Notes: generated by a model not told the origin, from the sequence alone. A DNA stretch of 63,990 nt, filler included, from Stramenopiles sp. TOSAG23-2 (GCA_900128395.1; 6 parts of 6 records of this genome joined end to end with filler, not necessarily neighbours in it); one strand, 5' to 3'; shown: positions 1 through 11,440, numbered from the whole stretch's first letter. Numbers and translations: made by a program.

Positions 1-188
1 AAGAGGCGGAACGAAATCAAGCGGACCCAAATCTTATCAAAAAATGAATTTCAAAAAAGGATTTTGTTATTTCATTTTTTTAAAAATAAATAATTAAATA
101 GATATATCATTTTACAAAATAATAATCGGATATTTGTATGTTAATAATATCAATAATAGGCATATTTTGATCCAATTTCGTTCCCCTT

Positions 189-1727
189 GATTTAGCAGGT
201 AGTGAAAGGTTAAAAAAAGTTGATAGGGAAGATCCAATTACCGGGGAACGAACATTAGATTCAACCATACGACGTGAATCAATGTACATCAATAAAAGTT
301 TAACTTATTTAGAACAATGTGTTGTTGCGCTTACAACAAAAGGACGTACACATATTCCATATCGGCAAACAAAATTAACCAATGTATTAAAAGATTCATT
401 AGGTGGTAATAGTAATACATTGATGGTAGCATGTGTATATGGAGAAGCAACACATATGGAAGAAACATTATCAACATTACGTTTAGCCCAACGTATGATG
501 AAAGTTGAAAATAAATCAGAAGAAATTATTACAATTGATCCATTACGACGTATTAAACAATTGGAAATGACGGTAAAATCATTGAAGCAAGAATTGATGA
601 TGCATGATGCATTGGCAGAACGTAGCGGCGTGACATATGATGATTATACACCAGAGCAAAGGCATGAAGTAGCAACAACGGTACGTGAATATTTAGATGC
701 ACCGCCAGAAACGGAGGAAGGTGTCATACAAATACAAAGTATCCGTCATGTAGTTGAAATATTCCGTGCGTTTAAATTGATTGTGAAAAATGTAGAAAGT
801 CAAACCATGGAAAAATTACGTGGCCAATTCAATTTAAGTGCAAAAGGTGACAATTTGCAAGGAACGACGCAAGATCTTGGCGGTGGAAGCAGTGTTGGTG
901 ATGGTGGTGAGGATGAAGGTGGTGAAATTGAAACTGGTGGTGGATATGCCGTAGGTGTTGCACCACAACAAGCACGTCCAGATAGAATCGATATGGGTGA
1001 TAGTCCAATGAAAAGTGATCGTTCCCCATTAAGTTCACCACAAAGTTCACCAGGGAAAGGCAAATCCAAGGCATCCACCAGCAATATTACAAAAGCATTT
1101 CAATTTGATGATAAAAATAGTGCATTTAATATATATAAAAGTAAAACTGGTTCTGCATTAAATGAAGATTTGATGAAAACAAAGACGAAATTAGTGCAAT
1201 TAAAAGCAAAAGCACGTGTTGTACGTACCAACTTGAATGATTTGAAAACGGTTATTGATAGTTTAAAAACTGGTATTGCACAAAAACGTGCTGCGTACCG
1301 TGCAATTGATGCATCGAAACAGAACGATGATGAAGATGTTGTGGATGAGGAAGAGTTTAGAATGATGAAAGAGGAACAAGATGCAAAACGTAATTACAGA
1401 AAGAATTTTAATGTCTTGAAAGAATTGAGAATGAATATTGAACAATTAACACGACAAGTACAAGCAAAACGTGCTGAATTAGTCCGTAGTTTCGATGAAT
1501 GGTATGCAACTGCTACTGGGGAAGATTTAAATGAAGGTAAAGATGGTAAAAGTGATGATCGTATGGATGAAGGTGAAATGTTTGAGAAAATGGAAATCGA
1601 TCGTGTCATGGAGGAAGATCCTGAAAGTGTTGCCTTTTTCTTAGCGCAGAAAAATTTGGATAAAGCAAGGAGGAAAGATCATGGTAAAACAGCAAGAAAT
1701 ATAAGATCAAAACGTTTGAAAAAGTAA
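189..1727 (+). CDS. KIF9: Kinesin-9 family (KIF9-like) motor protein, 5'-partial
   Basis: In-frame DLAGSER at 189, then YINKSLTYLEQ, HIPYRQTKLTNVLKDSLGG, ETLSTLRLAQRM and LKQELMMHDAL, followed by a coiled-coil tail. Sequence upstream of 189 is degenerate (in-frame TGA at 168). Confidence 0.85.
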   Translation, partial: DLAGSERLKKVDREDPITGERTLDSTIRRESMYINKSLTYLEQCVVALTTKGRTHIPYRQTKLTNVLKDSLGGNSNTLMVACVYGEATHMEETLSTLRLAQRMMKVENKSEEIITIDPLRRIKQLEMTVKSLKQELMMHDALAERSGVTYDDYTPEQRHEVATTVREYLDAPPETEEGVIQIQSIRHVVEIFRAFKLIVKNVESQTMEKLRGQFNLSAKGDNLQGTTQDLGGGSSVGDGGEDEGGEIETGGGYAVGVAPQQARPDRIDMGDSPMKSDRSPLSSPQSSPGKGKSKASTSNITKAFQFDDKNSAFNIYKSKTGSALNEDLMKTKTKLVQLKAKARVVRTNLNDLKTVIDSLKTGIAQKRAAYRAIDASKQNDDEDVVDEEEFRMMKEEQDAKRNYRKNFNVLKELRMNIEQLTRQVQAKRAELVRSFDEWYATATGEDLNEGKDGKSDDRMDEGEMFEKMEIDRVMEEDPESVAFFLAQKNLDKARRKDHGKTARNIRSKRLKK

Positions 1728-2311
1728 AAAAAAATATACGAGTACACGAGGAGCGTAAAACGAGAGAGAAAGAGAAAGGCCATCATAAATTGAGCTACAC
1801 GTAGAAAATGTTTTGTGTTTTGTGTGTGTTTAGTGCGTAGTGTGCGTGATAAAAAATATATAAAATTTACGAGTCGTATTTTTTTAAATAATGTACGTAC
1901 GTGTGTTTTATCTATTTTTTCGGTCTGTGCATCGGTATGTATGTATATTGTATGTATATTTCTTTATGTATATGTGTATATGTGTAGTTATTTTTTTTTG
2001 TTTTCATCAATGTAAAGTATTTTTTTATTTTTTTATAGAGTAAAACGTCTACCTGCTATTCTTATATTAATTTTTATTTAGTAAATAATAAAATGATAGT
2101 GTATAAATGGCAACTATAATTAAAAATTTATCATTAAAAGATGCTTTAAAAAAGGTTGATAAACTTATTGAACGTGGATATAAATGCAAGATACGTAATA
2201 TGTATTATAAAAAAAACATCTTCTACATTATTATTAATTGTTTTAAATACTAATTTTATCTAGAAAAAGTGTGGTTTTTATGTTTAGGTTTTCCGTATAT
2301 TTATAGTAAAA

Positions 2312-2662
2312 ATGGCTTCAATTGTTTCCGATCCAATACAAAACGTACAAAATATGCTTAAACAGAAGCAAGATACAATCGCTGCATTTGAAGAAGACCT
2401 ACAATTCACCATACCAATAAGAAACCTCACAAGCGATGAAAAACATCAGGAGAGTTATGCTAGATTGTACGGAAAGATGGACGAGATTCTTTACAAACTA
2501 CTAGAAGTGGATACTAAGTTGAATGTGAGATTGGGGCAAATAGAAGCAAATACTTTCATTAGAGTGGATCGTATAAAATTTCTCACATGGGTTGTTGCAT
2601 CTTTCGCTATGCTTTTTACCATTATTTTGATGCTTTCTTATCTTCAACTAAGGAATAGTTAA
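2312..2662 (+). CDS. Small hypothetical protein with coiled coil and C-terminal transmembrane segment
   Basis: 116-aa ATG ORF with hydrophobic FLTWVVASFAMLFTIILMLSYL near the C-terminus. Confidence 0.5.
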   Translation: MASIVSDPIQNVQNMLKQKQDTIAAFEEDLQFTIPIRNLTSDEKHQESYARLYGKMDEILYKLLEVDTKLNVRLGQIEANTFIRVDRIKFLTWVVASFAMLFTIILMLSYLQLRNS

Positions 2663-3169
2663 AAAGATGAATAAATTTTTTTAGGTTGTAAACGTGTTTG
2701 TTAAAGTTAGTATTATTGATTGATTAAATTAAAAATTAAAAAGGTTGGTGATTTTAGAAAGGATTGTTGGATTCATCACTATAGTACTTAATTATTGTTT
2801 AAAATAAAAAGCTAAAAAAAAAGTATAAGTTTAAATACGAAGGAAAGAATAAAAGTGGTATAACAAAGCATAATGGTCTATTTTGAGATCAATTAAAAAA
2901 AAGTTATGGTGTAATTTATGGTCTACGAAGGATACGAAGGAAATATGATAGATTTTAAGAAAAAATAAAAAAAAAATATTTCAATATTGAAAAAATATTT
3001 TTTGGTTTTAATATTGAGAAAAATATTTTTTGGTTTTAATATTTATTGATGAATATTTTTAGGATAAATTTCTTAAAATAAATTAAAATTTACGATTAAA
3101 AAAGGGTAGTCATGAAAATCAAGAACGAAAATATATTTTGGAATACTTAATTTGATCAAGTAAGGTAAA

Positions 3170-3910
3170 TAGTAAAAATCTAGTTGTGTATATACAAGTA
3201 AAATCGGAGTAGTACTCAGTATATCAATCTAATTTTTGTCTTTATAGAAGTTGATTTTGAGAGAATAAGTGATAAAACCCTAAAATCTAACGTGTATTCT
3301 CTCAAAATAAGAAGTAAAATAGTTAAATCTAGTTGTGTATATACAGGTAAAATCGTAGTAGTACTGTATATATCAATCTAATTTTTGTGTTTATAGAAGT
3401 TGATTTTGAGAGAATAAGTGATAAAACCCTACAATCTAACTTAAATTCTCTCAAAATAAGAAGTAAAATAGTTAAATCTAGTTGATGTATATATAGTTGG
3501 GATCTGAGTAGTACTCAGTATATCAATCTAATTTTTGTCTTTATAGAAGTTGATTTTGAGAGAATAAGTGATAAAACCCTAAAATCTAACGTGTATTCTC
3601 TCAAAATAAGAAGTAAAATAGTTAAATCTAGTTGTGTATATACAGGTAAAATCGTAGTAGTACTGTATATATCAATCTAATTTTTGTGTTTATAGAAGTT
3701 GATTTTGAGAGAATAAGTGATAAAACCCTACAATCTAACTTAAATTCTCTCAAAATAAGAAGTAAAATAGTTAAATCTAGTTGATGTATATATAGTTGGG
3801 ATCTGAGTAGTACTCAGTATATCAATCTAATTTTTGTCTTTATAGAAGTTGATTTTGAGAGAATATGCGGTGTATATGGTGTGTAGTAAGGTTAAGTTGT
3901 TCTCTCAAGT
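3170..3910. repeat. Tandem satellite, ~149-bp monomer, about 5 copies
   Basis: AATCTAGTTG recurs at about 3177, 3326, 3475, 3625 and 3774; variants alternate between monomers; internal inverted repeat TTTTGAGAGAAT/ATTCTCTCAAAA. Confidence 0.9.
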
Positions 3911-4232
3911 GAATATTAAAAATAAATTTTAGGTTTTAAAAAGGGTAACTAAGAAAATGAAAGCTTAATTTTAATTAAAATTGAGAGCGAATATTTTTTT
4001 ATGTAGTGGAGTTTCTAAAAATCACCAAAATATTTTGTACTAGAAAAGTGGAGTTTTTAAAAATTACCAAAATATTTACTAAAAAATCTGGAGTGTTTTG
4101 ACCACTTTTGCCGATATAACGGTAGTTAGAATTAGGGTTACTAGCTATATTCCGAAAAATGACCAACTATTCAAAAACGGTAAAGTGGGTAATTTTATTT
4201 ACCTGCTAATGAATCCAAGAATCCTAATTATG

Positions 4233-4429
4233 AATAAAAACCGGAGTACTAACCTTGGTCATTTAAGGACTTACTACATGTTGTGGTGCTGGTAACGTGT
4301 TACCAGTGCCACAACATGTACCTAACTCTAATGCTATTAGGATCCTAATGTACATTAGCAGGTGAATAGCATATGGAAATAGGCGGGGTTAGTCCTTAAA
4401 TGACCAAGGTTAGTACTCCGGTTTTTATT
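4233..4429. mobile_element. MITE-like foldback with perfect 39-bp inverted repeats and an internal hairpin
   Basis: AATAAAAACCGGAGTACTAACCTTGGTCATTTAAGGACT (4233-4271) is the exact reverse complement of 4391-4429; nested hairpin at 4275-4320; no target-site duplication seen. Confidence 0.55.
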
Positions 4430-4519
4430 AATATATGTGATATCATATAGGGAGTATCATTATATGATATGATATGCGTATATATGATATGTAATATATA
4501 AATCCACAATCCACACATT

Positions 4520-5968
4520 TTATTTTTTTCTAAACGCACCACCACCACCACCGGCACCACCACTGTCTCTCCACCAATCACTAGGTTTCTCATCAATTGC
4601 AATTGGATAATTCACTGGTTTTTGCATTTCACTTGTTACTTGAGGTGGCTCTCTAGGTGGATATGGAAAACGACGTCTTCTTGGATCAGCACAAGGATCA
4701 TCTAATGCATAAGAGCTTGCTGGTCCCATACATGGTGGGAGTGGGACGGGAGATGCTGGACGTTGACAACTAGTATCTAATGGGGAACATTTTTTTTGTG
4801 AATTGGATAAATCATGTTCACATGTTTTACCTGCCCATCCGTTCGTACATCGACATGCCATAACCGGTGGTTTTGGCGGTTCGTTATTCATGAAGGAACC
4901 TAATATTGAATTTTGTCCAAGGTCTTGTGGTATTTTTATTTCACCTTCAACGGCATTACCAATTGCATCGCCAAAGCCAGTAATACTACCACCTTTGTTT
5001 TTACCACTACCTCCTTTACTTTTGCTGCTACCACCTTTACTTTTACTACTACCACCTTTGGTTTCACTACTACCACCTTTGCTTTTACTACTACCACCTT
5101 TGCTTTTACTACTACCACCTTTGTTTTTACTACTACCAGATTTTTTCGAGCTGCTACCAGATTTTTTCGAGCTGCTACCACCACCACCACCTTTACTTGA
5201 TTTTGTTGATTGTGATTGTGAACCACCTTTTCTTGATGCAAATGCAACAGTATCTAATTCCTCTGTGGATTTTTGAGTTAATATCCTATTGTTCTTTTTC
5301 GTCTTTTCATTTATCTCTAAAAATACAAATTGTCCATTACTTCTTTCACACGTACCATGACCAGCGCATTCTTCCCCTTGTCCAGGTCCTGGAAGAGTAC
5401 CCTTAGGGCATCCATTACTTTTTACAAAATATTGCATTTTAGCTTTTGCAGCATTTTTTTGCCAAGAAGGTATGCGTTTAATGCCACCTTTTGATGAGCC
5501 ACCTTTTGATGAGCCACCTTTGCTTTTACTGCCACCTTTTGATGAGCCAGAACCTGAGCCAGAACCTAAGCCACCTTTGCCTTTGCTTCCACCTTTGCCT
5601 TTGCTTCCACCTTTGCCTTTGCTTCCGCCTTTGCTTCCACCTTTGCTTTTACTACTACCACCTTTGCTTTTACTACTACCCCCTTTGTTTTTACTACTAC
5701 CACCTTTGCTTTTACTACTACCACCTTTGCCTTTGCTTCCTCCTTTGCTTTTACTACTACCACCTTTGCCTTTGCTTCCTCCTTTGCTCTTACTTGATGT
5801 ACTTTGTGCGCCACCTTTTTGTAACATGTGGTTATTTTCAGTGTGCATATTATTGAACACATTCTGTTTTAAAAGCATTTTATTGGCAACGTTTGTACCT
5901 TCAATTTCCTCTATTAAACTATTATCTGCTGGTTGATTATTATATTTATTATTATTTGTAGGATGATG

Positions 5969-6003
<35 letters not shown>

Positions 6004-6280
6004 GATGATGTGGATGATGGTTTTTGTGCGTTGCTTTTTTTCTAATTACATTTGTATTGATATCATTATTTTTAATCAAAGGATGTACATTGTTGTTATT
6101 GTTTTGATGGTTATGATCGTTTAGACGTTTCTTTTGATTGTTGTTATTATTATTATGTTTTAAACTATATACAGATATAATCAATATATTACATATTATC
6201 AATAATAATGGAAGAAATTTATAATAATAATTCTTGTTCTTTTGAAACATGATCTTCTTGATATTCAATCTATTCTTCAT
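4520..6280 (-). CDS. Secreted Lys/Ser/Gly-repeat protein with a split EGF-like module and Cys/Pro-rich tail
   Basis: Signal-like FLPLLLIICNILIISVYS; two blocks of KGGSSKS/KGGSKG repeats; CAGHGTC and CRCTNGWAGKTC. Start at 6280 or 6250. Confidence 0.8.
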
Positions 6281-6501
6281 CTCTCTTATATATATATATA
6301 TATATTCAATCAATCAGAAAGTACGTAGTAGATAACAATTATGTTATCGAATACAATATCTATGTATCTAACTATTTATCTGTTTGTTACGACAACACCT
6401 AACATACTTCATATTTGATTAAACAATGTGATATTTATAAGAGATGCCCCTTTTCTTTATTCATTTTTAATGCATTCCTTCATTTTTTTATATATGGTTT
6501 C

Positions 6502-7102
6502 AGCAGGTGCATAGCATTGATGATCAGGATAGAAATAGGGTTCATGAATGGCAGGTACATAGCATCAATGATCGGGATAGAAATAGGGTTCATGAATGGC
6601 AGGTGCATAGGGTTCATGAATGGCAGGTGCATAGGGTTCATGAATGGCAGGTGCATAGCATTAATTATCGGGATAGAAAACAGGGTTCGTGAATGGCAGG
6701 TGCATAGCATTCATGATCGGGATAGAAACAGGGTTTGTGTATGGCAGGTGCATAGCATCAATGATTTGGATAGAAATAGGGTTCATGAATGGCAGGTGCA
6801 TAGCATCAATGACCGGGATAGAAAATAGGGTTTGTGTATGGCAGGTGCATAGCATTAATTATCGGGATAGAAACAGGGTTCGTGTATGGCAGGTGCATAG
6901 CATTAATGATAGGGATAGAAACAGGGTTCATGAATGGCAGGTGCATAGCATCAATAATTGGGATAGAAAATAGGGTTCATGTATGGCAGGTGCATAGCAT
7001 TAATGATCGGGATAGAAAATAGGGTTCGTGTATGGCAGGTGCATAGCATTAATGATTGGGATAGAAATAGGGTTCGGATATGGCAGGTGCATAGCATTAA
7101 TG
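6502..7102. repeat. 48-bp minisatellite with core GGCAGGTGCATAGCAT
   Basis: About 11 full 48-49-bp units, two 24-bp half units and a terminal partial unit; no unique spacers. Confidence 0.95.
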
Positions 7103-7570
7103 TCGCGTCGTGTGTTCGGCTACAAAATAAGGAATTACAGGATTACAGTTGCATAGCATTAAATAAATAGCAGGTAAATGGCACTATAATATTTAGTACC
7201 TTGTTATAGGCGGCACAATAGGTAATAAAATGACTCTAGAGGTTTAATTAACATGAGTACACACATCATAATAGGAGGAAGACGAGAAGACAAAAGAAAC
7301 TGATGTGAGCTGCTCCCAGTGATTGTTCCCAGCTTCACAGCTTCACAGCACTATATCCGGATCTAAATATGAGGCAGAATAATCTCAACATCATTCATCG
7401 TCGTCGTCGTCGATCTTAAATAAAATAAAAAAAAGAAGGAGGATCATCTAATTCTAATAATAATAATCAAAAGTATTACATGTTCCGAATAATAACAGAT
7501 GAATGCAAACAGAATAATAGATATAGATATATATATACCTATCTACAGTAGAAACAATCAAACCATCATC

Positions 7571-8368
7571 ATGATATACAACATACCAATTCTATCCGTA
7601 TTCGTTGTAATTATAATTAATATTATATTCTTGAATAATATACAACATGTAAATAGTCATTTATTAAGACAACAAAATGTTGATGATGAGAGTAGTGAGA
7701 ACGTACCAGCAACTTCGACCATTAATACGAAAGATGGTAGTGGTACCATATCAAGTGGACCAGCAACGGATGGGCCTATATTATCCAATGCAAAGCCAAT
7801 TGCAGGTGGACGTGGCAATTTCATGCCAGCCGTTACTTTTGAAGATACTGCATATACCAATGATTATTGGATTGGTAACGACCGTTTAATGGAATATAAA
7901 GATAAAATAAATGAAAAAGTCATAAGACCTGAAGTAGTTATTAATAACGATAACAAACCAAAAAATCCAAATTTACAAGCAAATATTGCAGCACAAAAAG
8001 CCGTCAAAGCCGTACCGGCAACACCAGTAGTCAAGAAAATATCAACACCAAAACCAGCAGTACCAACAACAACGCCAAAGAAAAAAGAAGAAGAAGAACC
8101 GAAAGTAAATAATCCAGCAGAAGCTGCTATGAAAAATACAGCACAGGAAATAACGAAACAAATGGATAACTTTGAAAAGAAAGTTGCAAAAGAAAATGCA
8201 GCTTCATTAGAAAAAATTCCAGACAATGTGAAAAAAGCAATACGAAAAAATAAACAACAAGAAAAAGCTGCAAAAGAAATTGGCCAAGCAATGGCACAAG
8301 GTGGTGCATCAGCAGCGGATAATGTGAAAAAAATAAATGAAGCCTCAAATAATCCAGGTAGAAGGTAA
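7571..8368 (+). CDS. Secreted hypothetical protein, Pro/Lys/Ala-rich with helical C-terminus
   Basis: Signal-like ILSVFVVIIINIIFL after Met 7571; long ORF with host-like codon usage. Confidence 0.75.
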   Translation: MIYNIPILSVFVVIIINIIFLNNIQHVNSHLLRQQNVDDESSENVPATSTINTKDGSGTISSGPATDGPILSNAKPIAGGRGNFMPAVTFEDTAYTNDYWIGNDRLMEYKDKINEKVIRPEVVINNDNKPKNPNLQANIAAQKAVKAVPATPVVKKISTPKPAVPTTTPKKKEEEEPKVNNPAEAAMKNTAQEITKQMDNFEKKVAKENAASLEKIPDNVKKAIRKNKQQEKAAKEIGQAMAQGGASAADNVKKINEASNNPGRR

Positions 8369-8697
8369 AAGAAGGGGGGAATTATTATTTTTAAGTGTGT
8401 TATTTTTTTTAGTGTTTTTTTTACAAAAAAATACGAGTATAAAAGTATCTGTGTCGGTCATTCTAAGAAATATTTAAATATTCTTTTTTGTGTTTTGCAA
8501 AGTAATTAAAGATAAAAATGGAGACGCTATTATATTTTTATTTTTCACACACACACACACACACCAGTTTCTCTCTAATTGATGTTGATAGACTCTCTAT
8601 CATACTACTACAGTACATAATTATATATATACGATCGTATATAGACATATCATATGATACACTAAATTATAGCCATTACACACCTTCTTTAATATAT

Positions 8698-10515
8698 TTA
8701 CTCATAATGATGTTCATGTTTCCATTTATCACGATATGCTAAAAAGCATTTTTCCACTAAATGTATTAATTGTGCAGCAGTTGGTAAATCATGTTCATCC
8801 ACCCATGCTGTATTTTCCCCAGCTGCTGCAATGCGTAACAATTGCAATTGTCCATATAAATGTTTGACACGGTCAAAATTTTCCAATGTTCCTGGACGAT
8901 CAAATTGTTCCCATAAATGTATTAATTTCAATGCGGTATGTTTTAATTGCACACCACCACTATTTACATAATTAGCAGCAACTGCACCATCATCTGAATC
9001 TTGTAAAATTGCTTTTAATGTGAAAAATGTATGTTCATTTACATGTGCACGTAATGCTGCTAATTCTGTTAATAAATATGCACTTTGCATTGGTAATGAT
9101 AAATTTCCATCATCGCTGAATTTGATTACAATTGCATGTGCTTCTTTTGCAATTTCTTCCAATAATTTAGTGCTTTCAAAGACTAATTCACGATATTTAC
9201 TTAAATCATCTAATGACCATGTGGAATCGGGTAAAATATCACCAACATGTGAACGTTCCAATTTATACCTCAATCTACCAATAAGCCTACATTTACGTGC
9301 ATCATCTATTTGCGATCGATGTGCTTCTTCTAATGCAATTTGAGTTTGTATATTATCCAACATAATGGCACGTAACAACGACAGTGTCTCTGAACCAGCT
9401 GTATCAACATTAGCAGCTTGTTCAAAATGTTTCTCTAGTTCATCAATAAGATTTTTACGTTTAGCATCTAATTGTGCCAATTGCAAATCATCATATTTAT
9501 ATTCGACTTGTACTTCTCTTAAATTTGGAAATGCTTCTTCTTTTTCATGTGTTACTCGATTCCATAATTCCTTTAATTGGTTCATTGCAAAAATACGTTC
9601 GGATGCAAGTTCTCCACCACCTTCATTTAAAACATCATCGTCTCTTGCATTATCTCTCGTATTATTATTATTATTATTAGCCATTAAATTTCCTTTCGAT
9701 AATTTTTTACTTATAGATGACCGTACGGGAGATTTGCTCCTACCACGTCCTCCACTATTATTATTGCCACCATTATTTCTATCTGGATGCAATCCTGGAT
9801 AATATATACCAAATGATTTATCTTTTTTAAATAATCTTGGTCCACGTTCCATATCCACTGTATATCCCCATGGTAATGCAACTGGTGTATTCGAATGGAT
9901 GAAAATCGATGCATTTTTCCCATTCTCAGCTCCAGTAGTAGCAGTACTATCATCAATTAATTCACCCCATGCATATATAATACCTTTATCACTTAATGCC
10001 AACGAACAATTTTTATAACATAATATATCTACAATTTTAAGTCTAGCACTGACAAACATTTTAATCACTTTTGGATTTGTTTCGTTATGATAATCCCCAT
10101 GGCCCAATTGTCCATACGAACCATTTCCCCATGTCAATACATGGCCGTGTGGATTAATAACCATAATATGATGATCTCCAGCTGCTACTCGTCTCGCACC
10201 ACCACCTGGAAGTGATGGAACTACCGTCCAAGAATCAGAATATTCTTGGGAATGTAATGGATCTTGACCTGTAAAAAACACTTGTCCAGTAACTGTCGTG
10301 ATAATTTTAAATCCATCTCCATGTGCTACATCAACTGCATATGTATATGCACCTCTATCGCTTTTAAATTTAGGTGTTTCCGGCAATCTATCTTCACTAT
10401 TGCCTATAACTTTTCCATCATCAACAACACCAAATAATATGACACCAGCATTTTTAATCTCATTCCCTTTATTATTTTTTGCTTGCATACGCCATGTACG
10501 TGCAAATTTTTTCAT
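8698..10515 (-). CDS. RCC1-repeat protein with helical C-terminal region
   Basis: VAAGDHHIMVINPHGHVLTWGNGSYGQLGHG and SLALSDKGIIYAWG are RCC1-type repeats. Confidence 0.85.
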   Translation of the reverse strand: MKKFARTWRMQAKNNKGNEIKNAGVILFGVVDDGKVIGNSEDRLPETPKFKSDRGAYTYAVDVAHGDGFKIITTVTGQVFFTGQDPLHSQEYSDSWTVVPSLPGGGARRVAAGDHHIMVINPHGHVLTWGNGSYGQLGHGDYHNETNPKVIKMFVSARLKIVDILCYKNCSLALSDKGIIYAWGELIDDSTATTGAENGKNASIFIHSNTPVALPWGYTVDMERGPRLFKKDKSFGIYYPGLHPDRNNGGNNNSGGRGRSKSPVRSSISKKLSKGNLMANNNNNNTRDNARDDDVLNEGGGELASERIFAMNQLKELWNRVTHEKEEAFPNLREVQVEYKYDDLQLAQLDAKRKNLIDELEKHFEQAANVDTAGSETLSLLRAIMLDNIQTQIALEEAHRSQIDDARKCRLIGRLRYKLERSHVGDILPDSTWSLDDLSKYRELVFESTKLLEEIAKEAHAIVIKFSDDGNLSLPMQSAYLLTELAALRAHVNEHTFFTLKAILQDSDDGAVAANYVNSGGVQLKHTALKLIHLWEQFDRPGTLENFDRVKHLYGQLQLLRIAAAGENTAWVDEHDLPTAAQLIHLVEKCFLAYRDKWKHEHHYE

Positions 10516-10633
10516 GGTGGTGATCAAGGGGGAAGGGGGGAACTACTTATATATGTAGATGTTTATTGAAGAAATGATTGGTTTACAACGTATGTATATA
10601 TATATAAATATAAATACAAATGCTGCTTGTTTT

Positions 10634-10733
10634 NNNNNNNNNNNNNNNNNNNNNNNNNNNNNNNNNNNNNNNNNNNNTTAATTAATTAANNNNNNNNNNN
10701 NNNNNNNNNNNNNNNNNNNNNNNNNNNNNNNNN
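10634..10733. other. Artificial contig spacer
   Basis: 100-nt N run with central TTAATTAATTAA six-frame stop linker. Confidence 0.99.
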
Positions 10734-11440
10734 ATGGATTCGTATGCATGTTGGTCGTCATGTGCTTCTCCGCCATTACAAAATTCCGGGACTTGGGAAG
10801 AGGGTGGTTCCAAGTGGTCATGATCCATTAATACCTGAGTACTCGACGTAGAGACCAGATTGCGGAAAGTAAGGGATATCGCTGGAGCAACAACATTATT
10901 TAACACTTGTTGAATTCGTCGAACATAGTGGGAAATCCATCGCTGTCGCGAAACCTGATAACTTCGATTATTAGGGTCCTCTGGGTACTTCAATTCTGCA
11001 AAGTACATCATTAAATGGCAACCAGATGGGTCAATAAAACCATCATAATTTATTCCAAACGTGCAGACAGTAGGACGTCCATTCTGCGTGTGGTTGACCT
11101 GTTGATATAATTCCCATAGCTCCTTTTGAGCCCGAGTAACCACATTGGATCGAAAGTTGTTCCATGCTGCTAAATATTCGGCCTTCTTCTGCTTAGCTGC
11201 ACTACAAAGGTCACGGGAAGATAAACCTGAAAAATGCACGTCAATAAAGAAATAAGCAGCACCCTTGGCGGCCATCCAACGAAGAAAATCCAATGCCGCC
11301 GTGATCCCTGTCGGAGGTCTGGACGCAGCATATCTCGCATTGTATGCATTAGTACGAGGACCATCTCCAATTAGTGGAAATTGGTGAGGAGGAAGAAACG
11401 TATTACGAACAATTAATAAATCTCCATATGCCCGATAATT
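10734..11440 (-). CDS. GC-richer orphan ORF fragment, possible PD-(D/E)XK nuclease
   Basis: Frame is open from about 11440 to the contig end with no upstream ATG; YDGFID...FAELKYP motif; composition differs from neighbours. Confidence 0.4.

Noticed and set aside
4803-5936. Leu/Pro-rich plus-strand ORFs
   Set aside because: Antisense shadows of the KGGSS repeats
6502-7102. Possible CRISPR array, and ORFs over this repeat
   Set aside because: Inter-core segments are near-identical rather than unique spacers, there are no cas genes, and the ORFs are by-products of the 48-bp period
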